From the NCBI GenBank assembly GCA_003670865.1, contig QWQJ01000035.1, positions 1 to 43,527 of the forward strand: DNA of 43,527 bases. The letters run 5' to 3'. Position 1 is the stretch's first letter. Every line of letters begins with the position of its first letter. The translations under genes and the position numbers were made by a program. Of this stretch, positions 35,108-43,527 are shown in pieces. The notes beneath the pieces are model-generated. The model worked only from the letters and a program-made list of their open reading frames with translations, was not told where the DNA came from and ran no database searches. This DNA comes from Planctomycetota bacterium. GTDB taxonomy: Bacteria; Planctomycetota; Planctomycetia; Pirellulales; UBA1268.

Positions 35108-37198
35108 TCATTTTGCAGCAGCCAGATCGGCCTTGCGTTTCTCTTCGACGATCTCCCGCTGAATGTTGGCCGGCGTCGGGCGATACTTGGAAAACTCCAT
35201 TGTAAAAATGCCTTGGCCCTGCGTCATGCTCCGCAAGTCGGTTGAGTAACCGAATGTCTCGGCCAGCGGCACTTCAGCGATAATCGTTGAGGTTTTGCCA
35301 ACTGTTTCAGTTGAGATAATCAGACCGCGGCGCTTGTTGAGTTCGCCTGTCACCGGCCCCTGAAAGTCGGCTGGGACCTCAACCTCCATCTTCATGATCG
35401 GTTCGAGCAATACCGGCTTAGTCGCAAGGAACGCCTCGCGGAAGCCGGCCCGAGCACAAATCTGAAACGCCATGTCGGAGGAGTCAACATCGTGGTACGA
35501 ACCGTCGGTCAGCGACGCTTTCACACCCACGATCGGGAAGCCCGCAATCGGTCCCTTGGAAAGTGACGCTCGAAATCCCTTTTCGACAGAGGGAATGTAT
35601 TCCTTTGGCACACGGCCACCGATGACGGCATTTTCGAAAATGAATGTCTCAGGCGAATCATCAGGCAGAGGCTCAAGGGCACCGACGATATGGGCAAACT
35701 GCCCTGAACCACCGGTCTGCTTTTTATGTTTGTATTCGTAGTCGGTGGCCCGGGTAGGTGCTTCGCGATAGCTCACTTTGGGCGCACCCACCTCCACCTC
35801 CACCTTAAACTCCCGCTTAATGCGTTCGACATAAATATCAAGGTGGAGTTCACCCATGCCGGCAATCAGCGTTTCGCCCGTTTCCTCATCGGTGGCCACA
35901 CGAAAGGTAGGGTCTTCGCGGGAGAACCTTTGCAAGGCTTTGCTCAGTCTGTCGAGTCCGTCGCGATTGATGGGAGTGATCGCCATCTTGATGACAGGCT
36001 CTGGCACAAACATATTTTCTAGCGTGCAATATTTATGATCCGTGGCGTAGGTATCACCACTGGCAGCATCCACGCCCATCGCAGCCACAATGTCGCCGGC
36101 CTCAGCCGAGTCGATTTCCTCACGCTTATCAGCATGCATCTTGACAATCCGACTGAACCGCTGCTTTTGGCTGGTGCGCTGATTGATATAGGCTTCGCCC
36201 TTGGTGATTGTGCCCTGATAGAGTCGCATGAACGTCAACTGACCGTAGGGATCGTCTACGATTTTAAATGCCATCGCCACCAAGGGCTTCTTTGAATCTG
36301 GTTCCAGATCAAAAGCCTCGTCTGGCTTGTCCCATTTCTTGGCAATGATCTTCCGTTCCAGCGGGCTCGGCAGATACCGCACAACGGCATCTAGCAAAGG
36401 TTGCACACCCTTATTTTTGTAGGCCGATCCACAGAGCACGGGCGTCGCACTCAAACTTTGCACAGCTTGCTTCACCACAGCATGGATTTCATCCTCAGTC
36501 ACAGGCATTTCGCTGAGCAGTTTCTCCATCAGCGAGTCTGAATACATGGCAAGCGCCTCGAGCATCACGTGCCTTGCTTCGGCAGCCTCGGCGAGAAGAG
36601 CTTCGGGGATGTTTTCCCGACGCACTGTTTCACCGTTTTCACCGTCGCAGTAGATGGCCTGCATGGCAATCAGATCGATGACGCCTTCGAGTTTTTCTTC
36701 TTTACCGATAGGAATTTGTAGTGGGATCGCATCGCAGCCCAATTTTTCTTTGAGCTGCTTGACGACGCGACTAAAATTCGCGCCGGTGCGATCCATCTTG
36801 TTGATGAATGCCAAGCGGGGCACTTTGTAACGCTTCATCTGGCGATCGACCGTCATCGACTGGCTCTGCACGCCACCAACGGCGCAAAGGACAAGAATCG
36901 CACCATCCAGCACCCGCAGACTGCGTTCTACTTCAACGGTAAAATCGACGTGGCCAGGCGTGTCGATCAGATTGATGGCGCACTCACCCCACTTTACGCT
37001 TGTGGCAGCGCTCGTGATCGTAATGCCCCGTTCGCGCTCCAGATCCATGTAGTCCATCGTCGCGCCATCGCCGCCGCCCTTCACTTCTTGAATGCGATGA
37101 ATTCGTCCCGCGTAGAAAAGAATCCGCTCGGAAAGCGTTGTTTTGCCGGAATCAATGTGGGCCGAAATGCCCATGTTTCGAACGTTGGCGAGATCCAT
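35108..37198 (-). CDS. fusA: Translation elongation factor G
   Basis: MDLANVRNMGISAHIDSGKTT (G1), DTPGHVDF (G3), NKMD (G4), and full-length EF-G domains II-V. The ATG at 37198 gives 696 aa; the 111 codons upstream in the track ORF are not EF-G-like. Confidence 0.95.
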   Translation of the reverse strand: MDLANVRNMGISAHIDSGKTTLSERILFYAGRIHRIQEVKGGGDGATMDYMDLERERGITITSAATSVKWGECAINLIDTPGHVDFTVEVERSLRVLDGAILVLCAVGGVQSQSMTVDRQMKRYKVPRLAFINKMDRTGANFSRVVKQLKEKLGCDAIPLQIPIGKEEKLEGVIDLIAMQAIYCDGENGETVRRENIPEALLAEAAEARHVMLEALAMYSDSLMEKLLSEMPVTEDEIHAVVKQAVQSLSATPVLCGSAYKNKGVQPLLDAVVRYLPSPLERKIIAKKWDKPDEAFDLEPDSKKPLVAMAFKIVDDPYGQLTFMRLYQGTITKGEAYINQRTSQKQRFSRIVKMHADKREEIDSAEAGDIVAAMGVDAASGDTYATDHKYCTLENMFVPEPVIKMAITPINRDGLDRLSKALQRFSREDPTFRVATDEETGETLIAGMGELHLDIYVERIKREFKVEVEVGAPKVSYREAPTRATDYEYKHKKQTGGSGQFAHIVGALEPLPDDSPETFIFENAVIGGRVPKEYIPSVEKGFRASLSKGPIAGFPIVGVKASLTDGSYHDVDSSDMAFQICARAGFREAFLATKPVLLEPIMKMEVEVPADFQGPVTGELNKRRGLIISTETVGKTSTIIAEVPLAETFGYSTDLRSMTQGQGIFTMEFSKYRPTPANIQREIVEEKRKADLAAAK

Positions 37199-37370
37199 AG
37201 AAACACATGACCTTAGGGGATCGAGGGAGGAAAGCGAGCGGTGGGAAAAACGCGGAACCGTCCTACGGAATATACTCAGGGTTGAAAAAATGGGACAGAT
37301 GAATCGTTTCAGGGCCGATGGAATGGGTATGTGGGACAAAAACCCCTTAGGTGGATAAAGGGAAAATCCT

Positions 37371-38117
37371 TTGAAAACGATCGTGGGCAAATCTGCTGCT
37401 ACGCCAAACATCGACCTCGGCCCCGCCAATCCCGTAATGACGTGTGTTGTGCCGATGGTTCTTTTTATGGTGATTGGCTTGCTCGAACCAACGCCCAGCG
37501 GGGGTGGCATCGTGGAGTCGCTAGGGATCACCTACGACCATTATCCGCTGATCTACTCGCTCCGACTGGCAACGACTCTCGCTGTGCTTGCCGTTTGTTG
37601 GCCAGCGATCTGCAACTGGATCGGCCGGCCGAATTGGTGGCCGCCGCTGCTGGGGTTCGGGCTTGTCATACCGTGGGTCGTGCTGGCCACTTTGCAACGA
37701 GAAGCTGGCTGGACCACAGCGATAAGCGATCGTAGCGCCTTTAATCCCTTTCACGAGTTTGCTTCTGGATCACCGATGGCCGGGGTTTTTTTAGCAGTGC
37801 GTGGCGTGGGTCTGATTGTGGTCGTGCCGCTCATGGAGGAACTTTTTCTGCGAGGGTTTCTCATGCGTTATGCCATCCGCGAAGACTTTTGGCATGTTCC
37901 CTTTGGGTCGCTCACACTGCTTTCGGCAGCAGCATGTGCCGTGTATGCGTCGGCAGCCCATCCCTCAGAGGCCTTTGCTGCGGTCGGCTGGTTTGCGATC
38001 ATCAGTGGCATCGCCGTGGCAACCCGTCGGCCGATCGATACGATTCTCGCGCACGCAGCAACGAATCTTGCTCTTGGGGCATACGTTCTTGCCACTGGCA
38101 ATTGGTGGCTCGTCTAG
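37371..38117 (+). CDS. CPBP-family (CAAX/Abi) intramembrane glutamic protease
   Basis: Polytopic hydrophobic protein with PLMEELFLRGFL (EExxxR), SAAHPSE and ILAHAATNLALG (HxxxN). The start is either TTG 37371 or ATG 37437. Confidence 0.75.
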   Translation: MKTIVGKSAATPNIDLGPANPVMTCVVPMVLFMVIGLLEPTPSGGGIVESLGITYDHYPLIYSLRLATTLAVLAVCWPAICNWIGRPNWWPPLLGFGLVIPWVVLATLQREAGWTTAISDRSAFNPFHEFASGSPMAGVFLAVRGVGLIVVVPLMEELFLRGFLMRYAIREDFWHVPFGSLTLLSAAACAVYASAAHPSEAFAAVGWFAIISGIAVATRRPIDTILAHAATNLALGAYVLATGNWWLV

Positions 38118-38298
38118 AAGTGACCATCTGCTTCCGATCACCCCCTCGGGTCGCGCCAAGCCTCCAGCGGCCCACGGGCTGGAGAGATTGGCGGAAGCTT
38201 GAGCGGTTCGCCCGCCCGGCTTGAGCGTGAAGTTGTGGGGCGTGCGCTGGCAGGCAGTGGTAACAGTTCACCTAACAGTGACGGTTTTGGGTCACCGG

Positions 38299-38320
38299 CG
38301 ACGAGTGGGTCCACTCGTCG
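38299..38320 (-). terminator. Hairpin downstream of the tRNA-Leu/tRNA-Lys pair (possible terminator; no U-tract)
   Basis: CGACGAGTGG-gt-CCACTCGTCG is a perfect 10-nt inverted repeat (effectively an 8-bp stem with a 6-nt loop). It lies 34 nt beyond the 3' end of tRNA-Lys. Confidence 0.25.
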
Positions 38321-38353
38321 TAAACCCAAGCGGCAGCAGGCGGTTACAAAAAG

Positions 38354-38427
38354 TGGGGCCGCTGGGACTCGAACCCAGGACCAACGGATTAAAAGTCCGA
38401 TGCTCTAACCAACTGAGCTACAGCCCC
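38354..38427 (-). tRNA. tRNA-Lys (anticodon TTT)
   Basis: The reverse complement GGGGCTGTAGCTCAGTTGGTTAGAGCATCGGACTTTTAATCCGTTGGTCCTGGGTTCGAGTCCCAGCGGCCCCA folds as a cloverleaf. It has a 7-bp acceptor stem, a CTTTTAA anticodon loop and a TTCGAGT T-loop. CCA is not encoded. Confidence 0.9.
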
Positions 38428-38502
38428 TAAAAAATGGTCTCTGATCTCGCCTGCCGCCGATGCCTAAGGACACAATGTACGAGAGCAACTAACACCTCAA
38501 AA

Positions 38503-38586
38503 TGCCCGAGAGAGGACTTGAACCTCCACCCAGTTACCTGGACAAGAACCTGAATCTTGCGCGTCTGCCAATTCCGCCACTCGGGC
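38503..38586 (-). tRNA. tRNA-Leu (anticodon CAG), long variable arm
   Basis: The reverse complement is GCCCGAGTGGCGGAATTGGCAGACGCGCAAGATTCAGGTTCTTGTCCAGGTAACTGGGTGGAGGTTCAAGTCCTCTCTCGGGCA. The anticodon stem is CAAGA/TCTTG with loop TTCAGGT. It has a class II variable arm and a TTCAAGT T-loop. Confidence 0.9.
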
Positions 38587-38671
38587 AAGTTGCGGCCGCT
38601 CATCGCAGCTTCACAGATAATGCTACCAACGGCCCGGAAGCACGCAAGGCTTGCCGTTGGCTCCCGAAGCC

Positions 38672-40555
38672 TTACTCCACCGTTACGCTCTTGGCCAAAT
38701 TACGCGGCTTGTCAACGTCGCAGCCTCGCAGCACGGCGATGTGGTAGGCCAAGAGTTGCAGAGGGATCGCTGCGACGATTGGCTGTAAAAAATCGACCAC
38801 TGCCGGTATCTCTATCACGTCGTCAGCCAACTCGCCAACACGCTGATCTCCGTAGCTCGATACGGCAATCACCGGCCCCTTTCGCGCCTTGATCTCCTCC
38901 AGATTGAGAAGCACCTTCTCGTAGACCGCCCCCTGCGGAATCAGAAATACGCTTGGAGTAAAAGCGTCTACCAGTGCGATCGGTCCGTGCTTCATCTCTG
39001 CCGCCGGATACCCCTCGGCGTGGATATAACTGATTTCCTTAAGCTTGAGGGCCCCTTCGAGTGCAACGGGAAAATTGAACTGCCTGCCGAGGTACAGAAA
39101 GGTGCTGGCGTTCTGATACTTTTCTGCAATCCGCCGCACAGCATCATCGGTCTTGAGCGTCTCGGCCACCAGTGCCGGCAATGCTTCAATCGCCGAGATA
39201 CATTCCAGCCCTTTCTCGTAGCTCATGTGTCGCAGGCGACCAAAGTAAAGGGCCAATAGCGCCAGCACTACGCACTGGCTTGTGAAGGCTTTGGTGCTGG
39301 CCACACCGACTTCCGGTCCCGCATGCAGATAAATGCCGCCGTCGGCCTCCTTCGCAATGCTACTGCCCACGACATTGCAGATCGCCAGGGTCGGATGACC
39401 TTTGCGTTTCACCTCGCGCAGCGCAGCCAGCGTATCGGCCGTCTCGCCCGACTGCGTGATTGCAAACAGCAGCGTCCCTTCGTCGATTGGCGGATTTCTA
39501 TAACGCAGCTCACTGGCATATTCAACCTCGACGGGCAGCCGAGCAAACTCCTCGATCAGGTATTCGCCGACGAGCGCTGCATGCCAACTGGTGCCGCAGC
39601 CGGTCAATACGATTCGTTTTACACGCTGCAACTGAGCCGGGCCGAGGTTGAGTCCGCCGAAGACTGCCGTCGCATCATCACGCGAGATTCGGCCACGCAT
39701 CGCAGCCGCGATCGTTTCAGGCTGCTCAAAGATCTCTTTCTGCATGAAGTGGGCATAGTTGCCCATACCGACATCACTCAGCAACAGGTCCAACGGCACA
39801 CTAGCAGCCACAACGCTGCCTCTATCCCGGTGGATCACGTGCACGGTGCTTGCCGTAACGACCGCCACTTCATGGTCGTTCAGAGAAACGATCCGTTCGG
39901 CATGTCCAGCCAAGGGGCTTGTATCGCTGGCGATCACAGTCTCGCTGTCACCGATGCCTACCACCAGCGGACTGCCAAGGCGGGCTGCTAGAACCATCTG
40001 CGGCTGTTCGCGAAAAAGCACCAGTAAGCCATAGGTGCCCCGTAACTGCGCGATCGCCTCCTGCACCGCCATCACCCAGGGGGTGTCGGCTAGATCATCG
40101 GCAACATGCGGTCTACAGGCCAGCAATCGCTTCAGGCTCTTGTCGATTAAGTGAGCAATCACTTCAGAGTCTGTTTGAGATTGAAAGACATACCCATCGG
40201 CTTCAAGATGCTTTTTGATCGCACGATAGTTCTCAATGACTCCATTGTGAACGACGGCCACGGAAGGGTTTTCCTTTGCGCCACCAAGATGCGGATGGGC
40301 ATTGTCGTCAGTCGGTACGCCGTGCGTGGCCCAACGGGTGTGGCCGATGCCGATTGAACTATTGAGCACTTGAGCGTGCAGAATTGCCTCTAGGCACGAA
40401 AGCCGGCCGGCTGCCTTGCAAACCACGAGCCCGCCGTCAGCGTTGAGCACTGCCAAGCCGGCGGAATCGTAGCCCCGATACTCGAGCCTGCGAAGGCCGC
40501 TAACAATAAGATCGGCGGCCTGACGAAAACCGACGTAGCCAACAATGCCGCACAT
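38672..40555 (-). CDS. glmS: Glutamine--fructose-6-phosphate aminotransferase
   Basis: MCGIVGYVG N-terminal Cys nucleophile, two SIS domains, and C-terminal DKPRNLAKSVTVE. The ATG at 40555 is preferred over the track start at 40630. Confidence 0.95.
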   Translation of the reverse strand: MCGIVGYVGFRQAADLIVSGLRRLEYRGYDSAGLAVLNADGGLVVCKAAGRLSCLEAILHAQVLNSSIGIGHTRWATHGVPTDDNAHPHLGGAKENPSVAVVHNGVIENYRAIKKHLEADGYVFQSQTDSEVIAHLIDKSLKRLLACRPHVADDLADTPWVMAVQEAIAQLRGTYGLLVLFREQPQMVLAARLGSPLVVGIGDSETVIASDTSPLAGHAERIVSLNDHEVAVVTASTVHVIHRDRGSVVAASVPLDLLLSDVGMGNYAHFMQKEIFEQPETIAAAMRGRISRDDATAVFGGLNLGPAQLQRVKRIVLTGCGTSWHAALVGEYLIEEFARLPVEVEYASELRYRNPPIDEGTLLFAITQSGETADTLAALREVKRKGHPTLAICNVVGSSIAKEADGGIYLHAGPEVGVASTKAFTSQCVVLALLALYFGRLRHMSYEKGLECISAIEALPALVAETLKTDDAVRRIAEKYQNASTFLYLGRQFNFPVALEGALKLKEISYIHAEGYPAAEMKHGPIALVDAFTPSVFLIPQGAVYEKVLLNLEEIKARKGPVIAVSSYGDQRVGELADDVIEIPAVVDFLQPIVAAIPLQLLAYHIAVLRGCDVDKPRNLAKSVTVE

Positions 40556-40722
40556 GGACAAGCTTTCGTTGAGGGAACGCTGGACACCCGCGATCATGCC
40601 GAGGAAAGAACGCGACTGTCTGTAACACAATTCCGATTCTAGCCCTCTTCATGAGCGGTGGCGAAAAGCATTACGATTTCAAGCTGTAAGGCTATTGACG
40701 CCCCCGACCCGAGCTATTTTTT

Positions 40723-41550
40723 ATGACGGCCCACTCCACCAACGCCCTGATCGTCATTCCCGCCCGTCTGTCGAGCCAACGACTGCCACGAAAAATGTTG
40801 CTGGCCGAAACCGGCAAGCCGTTGATCGAGCACACTTGGCTGGCCGCCAGGCGTTGCCAGCAGGCCAGTCGCGTCATCGTCGCTACCGATAGTGAGGAGA
40901 TTGCGGCCGTGGTTCGCGGCTTTGGCGGTGAGGCTGTGATGACCTCGCCAGATGCAGCCAGCGGCACGGCAAGAATTGTCGAAGCACTGCCATTTCTTGT
41001 CGACTCCAATGTGATTATCAATGTGCAAGGAGACGAACCAGAGATCTCTGCCGCCGCCATCGATGCGGCAATCGATCTGCTCACGCGCTGTCCGGCAGCG
41101 GGCGTGGCCACGCTCGTGACACCGCTGCTCCGCAGCGAAGATCTCCACGACCCCGCTTTAGTCAAAGCAGTGCTCACCCCATGGCGATCGCAATCTACCC
41201 CCATAGGAATTTCTCCGGAACCCGTGGTGGACGCGTGGCGGGCCCTCTACTTTAGTCGCGCTTTGGTGCCTGCTGCCCGCGACTGGAGCGACTCGCTTTT
41301 GGCGATCACGCCCCCGCTTTACTGGCAGCATGTCGGCCTCTACGCCTACCGCCGCAGCGTCCTGGAGGCCTGGAACGACCTGCCCGAATCGCGACTGGCA
41401 ACGCTCGAAAGTCTGGAACAGTTGCGTCTGATTGAGGCCGGCATTGCCGTCGTGGCCGGCGTGGTCGACCATGCAGCACGGGGCATCGATACTCCAAAAG
41501 ACTATGCGGCTTTTGTGAAACGGCAGTCTGCCCGACAAACAGAGAATTAA
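40723..41550 (+). CDS. kdsB: 3-deoxy-manno-octulosonate cytidylyltransferase (CMP-KDO synthetase)
   Basis: ALIVIPARLSSQRLPRKML...GKPLIEHT...VIVATDSEEI...INVQGDEP are typical KdsB motifs. Confidence 0.9.
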   Translation: MTAHSTNALIVIPARLSSQRLPRKMLLAETGKPLIEHTWLAARRCQQASRVIVATDSEEIAAVVRGFGGEAVMTSPDAASGTARIVEALPFLVDSNVIINVQGDEPEISAAAIDAAIDLLTRCPAAGVATLVTPLLRSEDLHDPALVKAVLTPWRSQSTPIGISPEPVVDAWRALYFSRALVPAARDWSDSLLAITPPLYWQHVGLYAYRRSVLEAWNDLPESRLATLESLEQLRLIEAGIAVVAGVVDHAARGIDTPKDYAAFVKRQSARQTEN

Positions 41551-41552
41551 AA

Positions 41553-43527
41553 ATGCCTTCGTCGACAGCAGGCTTTTCCTCGGCTCTTCTGCCGACTCGG
41601 CTCTCCGCTAGTGCACGCGAGCAGATTGAAATAAGCGTGCAAACAATCGGCCGCTCGCTGCTGGAAAAGTCTCTCGCCGGCCAGCCGTCACCGATTTCTT
41701 CGGAGTGGTGGGTACAGCAGGCTGGCGAATGGGCCATGCACGACGATGAACTCAAAGTGCGGTTGTTTCGGCTCGTCGACTGCATGCCGATGCTCGAAGA
41801 TCCAACCTCGCTCAATCGCCACATGCGAGAATACCTAGATAAAGACACGCTTCGACGGCTCCCGACAATCTTGCGGATGGCGATGGAAGCGGCACAGACA
41901 GGATTGCTAGCGCCGCTGGCTGCCCGCGCGGTGCGGGCAGCAACGCTGGCGCAGGGGAGGCGATTCATTGCCGGCACTACGCCTGCCGAGGCTGCGCAGG
42001 CGGCACTCGGAGAACGCCATCGCCATCGCGGCTTCACGCTCGACCTGCTCGGCGAGGCGGTTACGAGTGAGACCCAGGCCGACGCCTACGCCGCAGCCTA
42101 CAGGCATCTGCTGGAAGAGCTTCCCGGTATCGCTAGCCACTGGGCAGCCGATCCGCTTGTCGATGATGGGCCAGAGCCTGCCCCTTTGCCTGCGACCGTT
42201 CGTGTCGGAAGCGGAAATGAAAAACCCTCCGGACAACTGCCACGAGTCAATGTTTCGCTCAAGCTTTCGGCGCTCGACAGTCAGTTTGATGCGATTGATC
42301 CGCGTGGCACAATCCGTCGCGTGCTCGCGCGGTTGCGGCCCCTGTGGCGATTGGCCCGTGCCCAGCAGGCTCAGGTTCACATTGATATGGAGAGCTATGC
42401 CAGCAAAGACCTTGCGCTGGCAATCTTTCAACAGCTTGCCAGCGAAGAGGAGTTTCGAGACTGGCCGCACTGCGGCATTGTTGTGCAGTGTTATCTGCGC
42501 GATGCGCCGAGTGATCTGGAATCACTGCTGGCATGGGCCCGCAGGCGGGGCACGCCTATTTGGGTGCGGCTGGTAAAGGGGGCCTACTGGGACTACGAAA
42601 CGATTCACGCCCAGGCCGCCGGTTGGCCGCGGCCTGTCTGGGAGCAGAAGTGGCAAACCGACGCTTGCTTCGAGGCAGCCACCACATTTCTGATGGAACA
42701 CTCAGAGTTCCTCAGGCCGGCTTTGGGCAGTCACAACCTCCGGTCACTGGCGCATGGCATGGCTGTGGCCGAGCACCTTGGCATCGATCGCCGGGCCGTT
42801 GAAATGCAGATGCTCTACGGCATGGGCGATGCTGAAAAAGACGCGGTCACCGCGGCCGGATGGCGGATGAGGGTGTACATGCCGTACGGCCAACTCGTGC
42901 CTGGCATGGCGTATCTGGTGCGGCGGTTGCTCGAAAACTCTTCTAACGATTCATTTTTGCGAGCGGGATTTGTCAAGCATCTGCCTGCCGAGACGCTTTT
43001 TGCTCCACCCCATGCGTGGGCCGGCGAGTTGCTCAAACCCTCCTTATCGACAACAGACACGCCCAACTCGTCTTCATTTACAAACGAACCGCACAGCGAC
43101 TTTTCTCGTTCCCTTGTGCGGCAATCGATGCAGACCGCGATCGAACGCTTGCGTGCCGACTTGGCCGGTGATCGAGCAGTCGTTGTGCCAATCATTATCA
43201 ATGGTCATCGGGAAGAGTCGGCTGATCGATTTATGCGACATGATCCTGCCGACCATGCCAGGCTCGTGGCTACGATCTGTGCCGCCACGCCTGAGGCAGC
43301 CCGTCGTGCTGTGACTGCTGCCAGTAACGCTTTGCCAGCATGGCGTGCCAGTGGTTGGAAGCATCGCGCCGGTCTGCTCAGGGCAGTTGCGGCTTTGATC
43401 GGGCAACGGCGGTTTGCATTAGCGGCGCTACAAATCGTTGAAGTCGGGAAACCGTGGCGAGAGGCCGATGCGGAGGTGGCAGAGGCGATTGATTTCTGTA
43501 ACTACTACGCATACAAGGCCGAATCAC
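41553..43527 (+). CDS. putA: Bifunctional proline dehydrogenase / 1-pyrroline-5-carboxylate dehydrogenase (PutA-like); C-terminus beyond the right edge
   Basis: Absent from the ORF track because it runs off the window. The frame is open from the ATG at 41553, 2 nt after the kdsB stop. Proline dehydrogenase motifs: VHIDMESY, VRLVKGAYWDYE, QMLYGMGD, AYLVRRLLENSSNDSF. Then the start of an aldehyde dehydrogenase domain: EVGKPWREADAEVAEAIDFCNYYA. Confidence 0.85.
   Translation, partial: MPSSTAGFSSALLPTRLSASAREQIEISVQTIGRSLLEKSLAGQPSPISSEWWVQQAGEWAMHDDELKVRLFRLVDCMPMLEDPTSLNRHMREYLDKDTLRRLPTILRMAMEAAQTGLLAPLAARAVRAATLAQGRRFIAGTTPAEAAQAALGERHRHRGFTLDLLGEAVTSETQADAYAAAYRHLLEELPGIASHWAADPLVDDGPEPAPLPATVRVGSGNEKPSGQLPRVNVSLKLSALDSQFDAIDPRGTIRRVLARLRPLWRLARAQQAQVHIDMESYASKDLALAIFQQLASEEEFRDWPHCGIVVQCYLRDAPSDLESLLAWARRRGTPIWVRLVKGAYWDYETIHAQAAGWPRPVWEQKWQTDACFEAATTFLMEHSEFLRPALGSHNLRSLAHGMAVAEHLGIDRRAVEMQMLYGMGDAEKDAVTAAGWRMRVYMPYGQLVPGMAYLVRRLLENSSNDSFLRAGFVKHLPAETLFAPPHAWAGELLKPSLSTTDTPNSSSFTNEPHSDFSRSLVRQSMQTAIERLRADLAGDRAVVVPIIINGHREESADRFMRHDPADHARLVATICAATPEAARRAVTAASNALPAWRASGWKHRAGLLRAVAALIGQRRFALAALQIVEVGKPWREADAEVAEAIDFCNYYAYKAES

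Noticed and set aside
37199-37531. 111-codon N-terminal extension of the EF-G ORF.
   Set aside because: EF-G homology begins exactly at MDLANVRNMGISAHIDSGKTT (ATG 37198). The extension has no EF-G counterpart and overlaps the CPBP gene start region.
40556-40722. Possible glmS ribozyme in the glmS 5' leader.
   Set aside because: Reading the minus strand, I could not find the conserved glmS ribozyme core segments. The region is only ~165 nt and is shared with the divergent kdsB promoter. A covariance-model scan would settle it.

Overview
The window looks like a chromosomal segment from a GC-rich member of the Planctomycetota/PVC group. This is inferred from gene content: DUF1559 'H-X9-DG' prepilin-like proteins, Tat-signal Gfo/Idh/MocA and xylose-isomerase-like TIM-barrel proteins, a DUF1080 domain, HEAT-repeat proteins and an N-terminal SEC-C-motif protein. 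All calls rest on reading the six-frame translations and recognising motifs; no database search was run. Housekeeping genes are ribD (5' partial), glnB (P-II), fumC, fusA (EF-G), tRNA-Lys(TTT), tRNA-Leu(CAG), glmS, kdsB and a putA-like gene (3' partial). Positions 4.7-11.4 kb hold a predicted periplasmic carbohydrate-processing set: a CE15-like esterase fused to DUF1080, a Tat TIM-barrel enzyme, two HEAT proteins and a Tat Gfo/Idh/MocA oxidoreductase. A sigma-54 enhancer-binding protein with a degenerate receiver domain lies at 3.2-4.6 kb. The dominant feature is an ~18 kb block of 13 genes, all on the + strand (16.9-34.9 kb), encoding a type IV filament / type II secretion-like system. It contains two GspE/PilB-type ATPases, of which only the second carries an intact MshEN-type c-di-GMP motif. 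It also contains a PilT with a duplicated N-terminal domain and a PilC/GspF platform protein with a hydrophobic insertion. The pseudopilins are GspG-, H-, I-, K- and J-like, and the K-like one is 1164 aa. Two DUF1559 H-X9-DG proteins (one fused to PA14) and a Cys-rich lipoprotein complete the block. No secretin, PilMNOP/GspCLM or prepilin peptidase gene is visible. I saw no CRISPR array, transposase, integrase or rRNA. Several perfect or near-perfect in-frame tandem micro-duplications (12-21 bp) are present.
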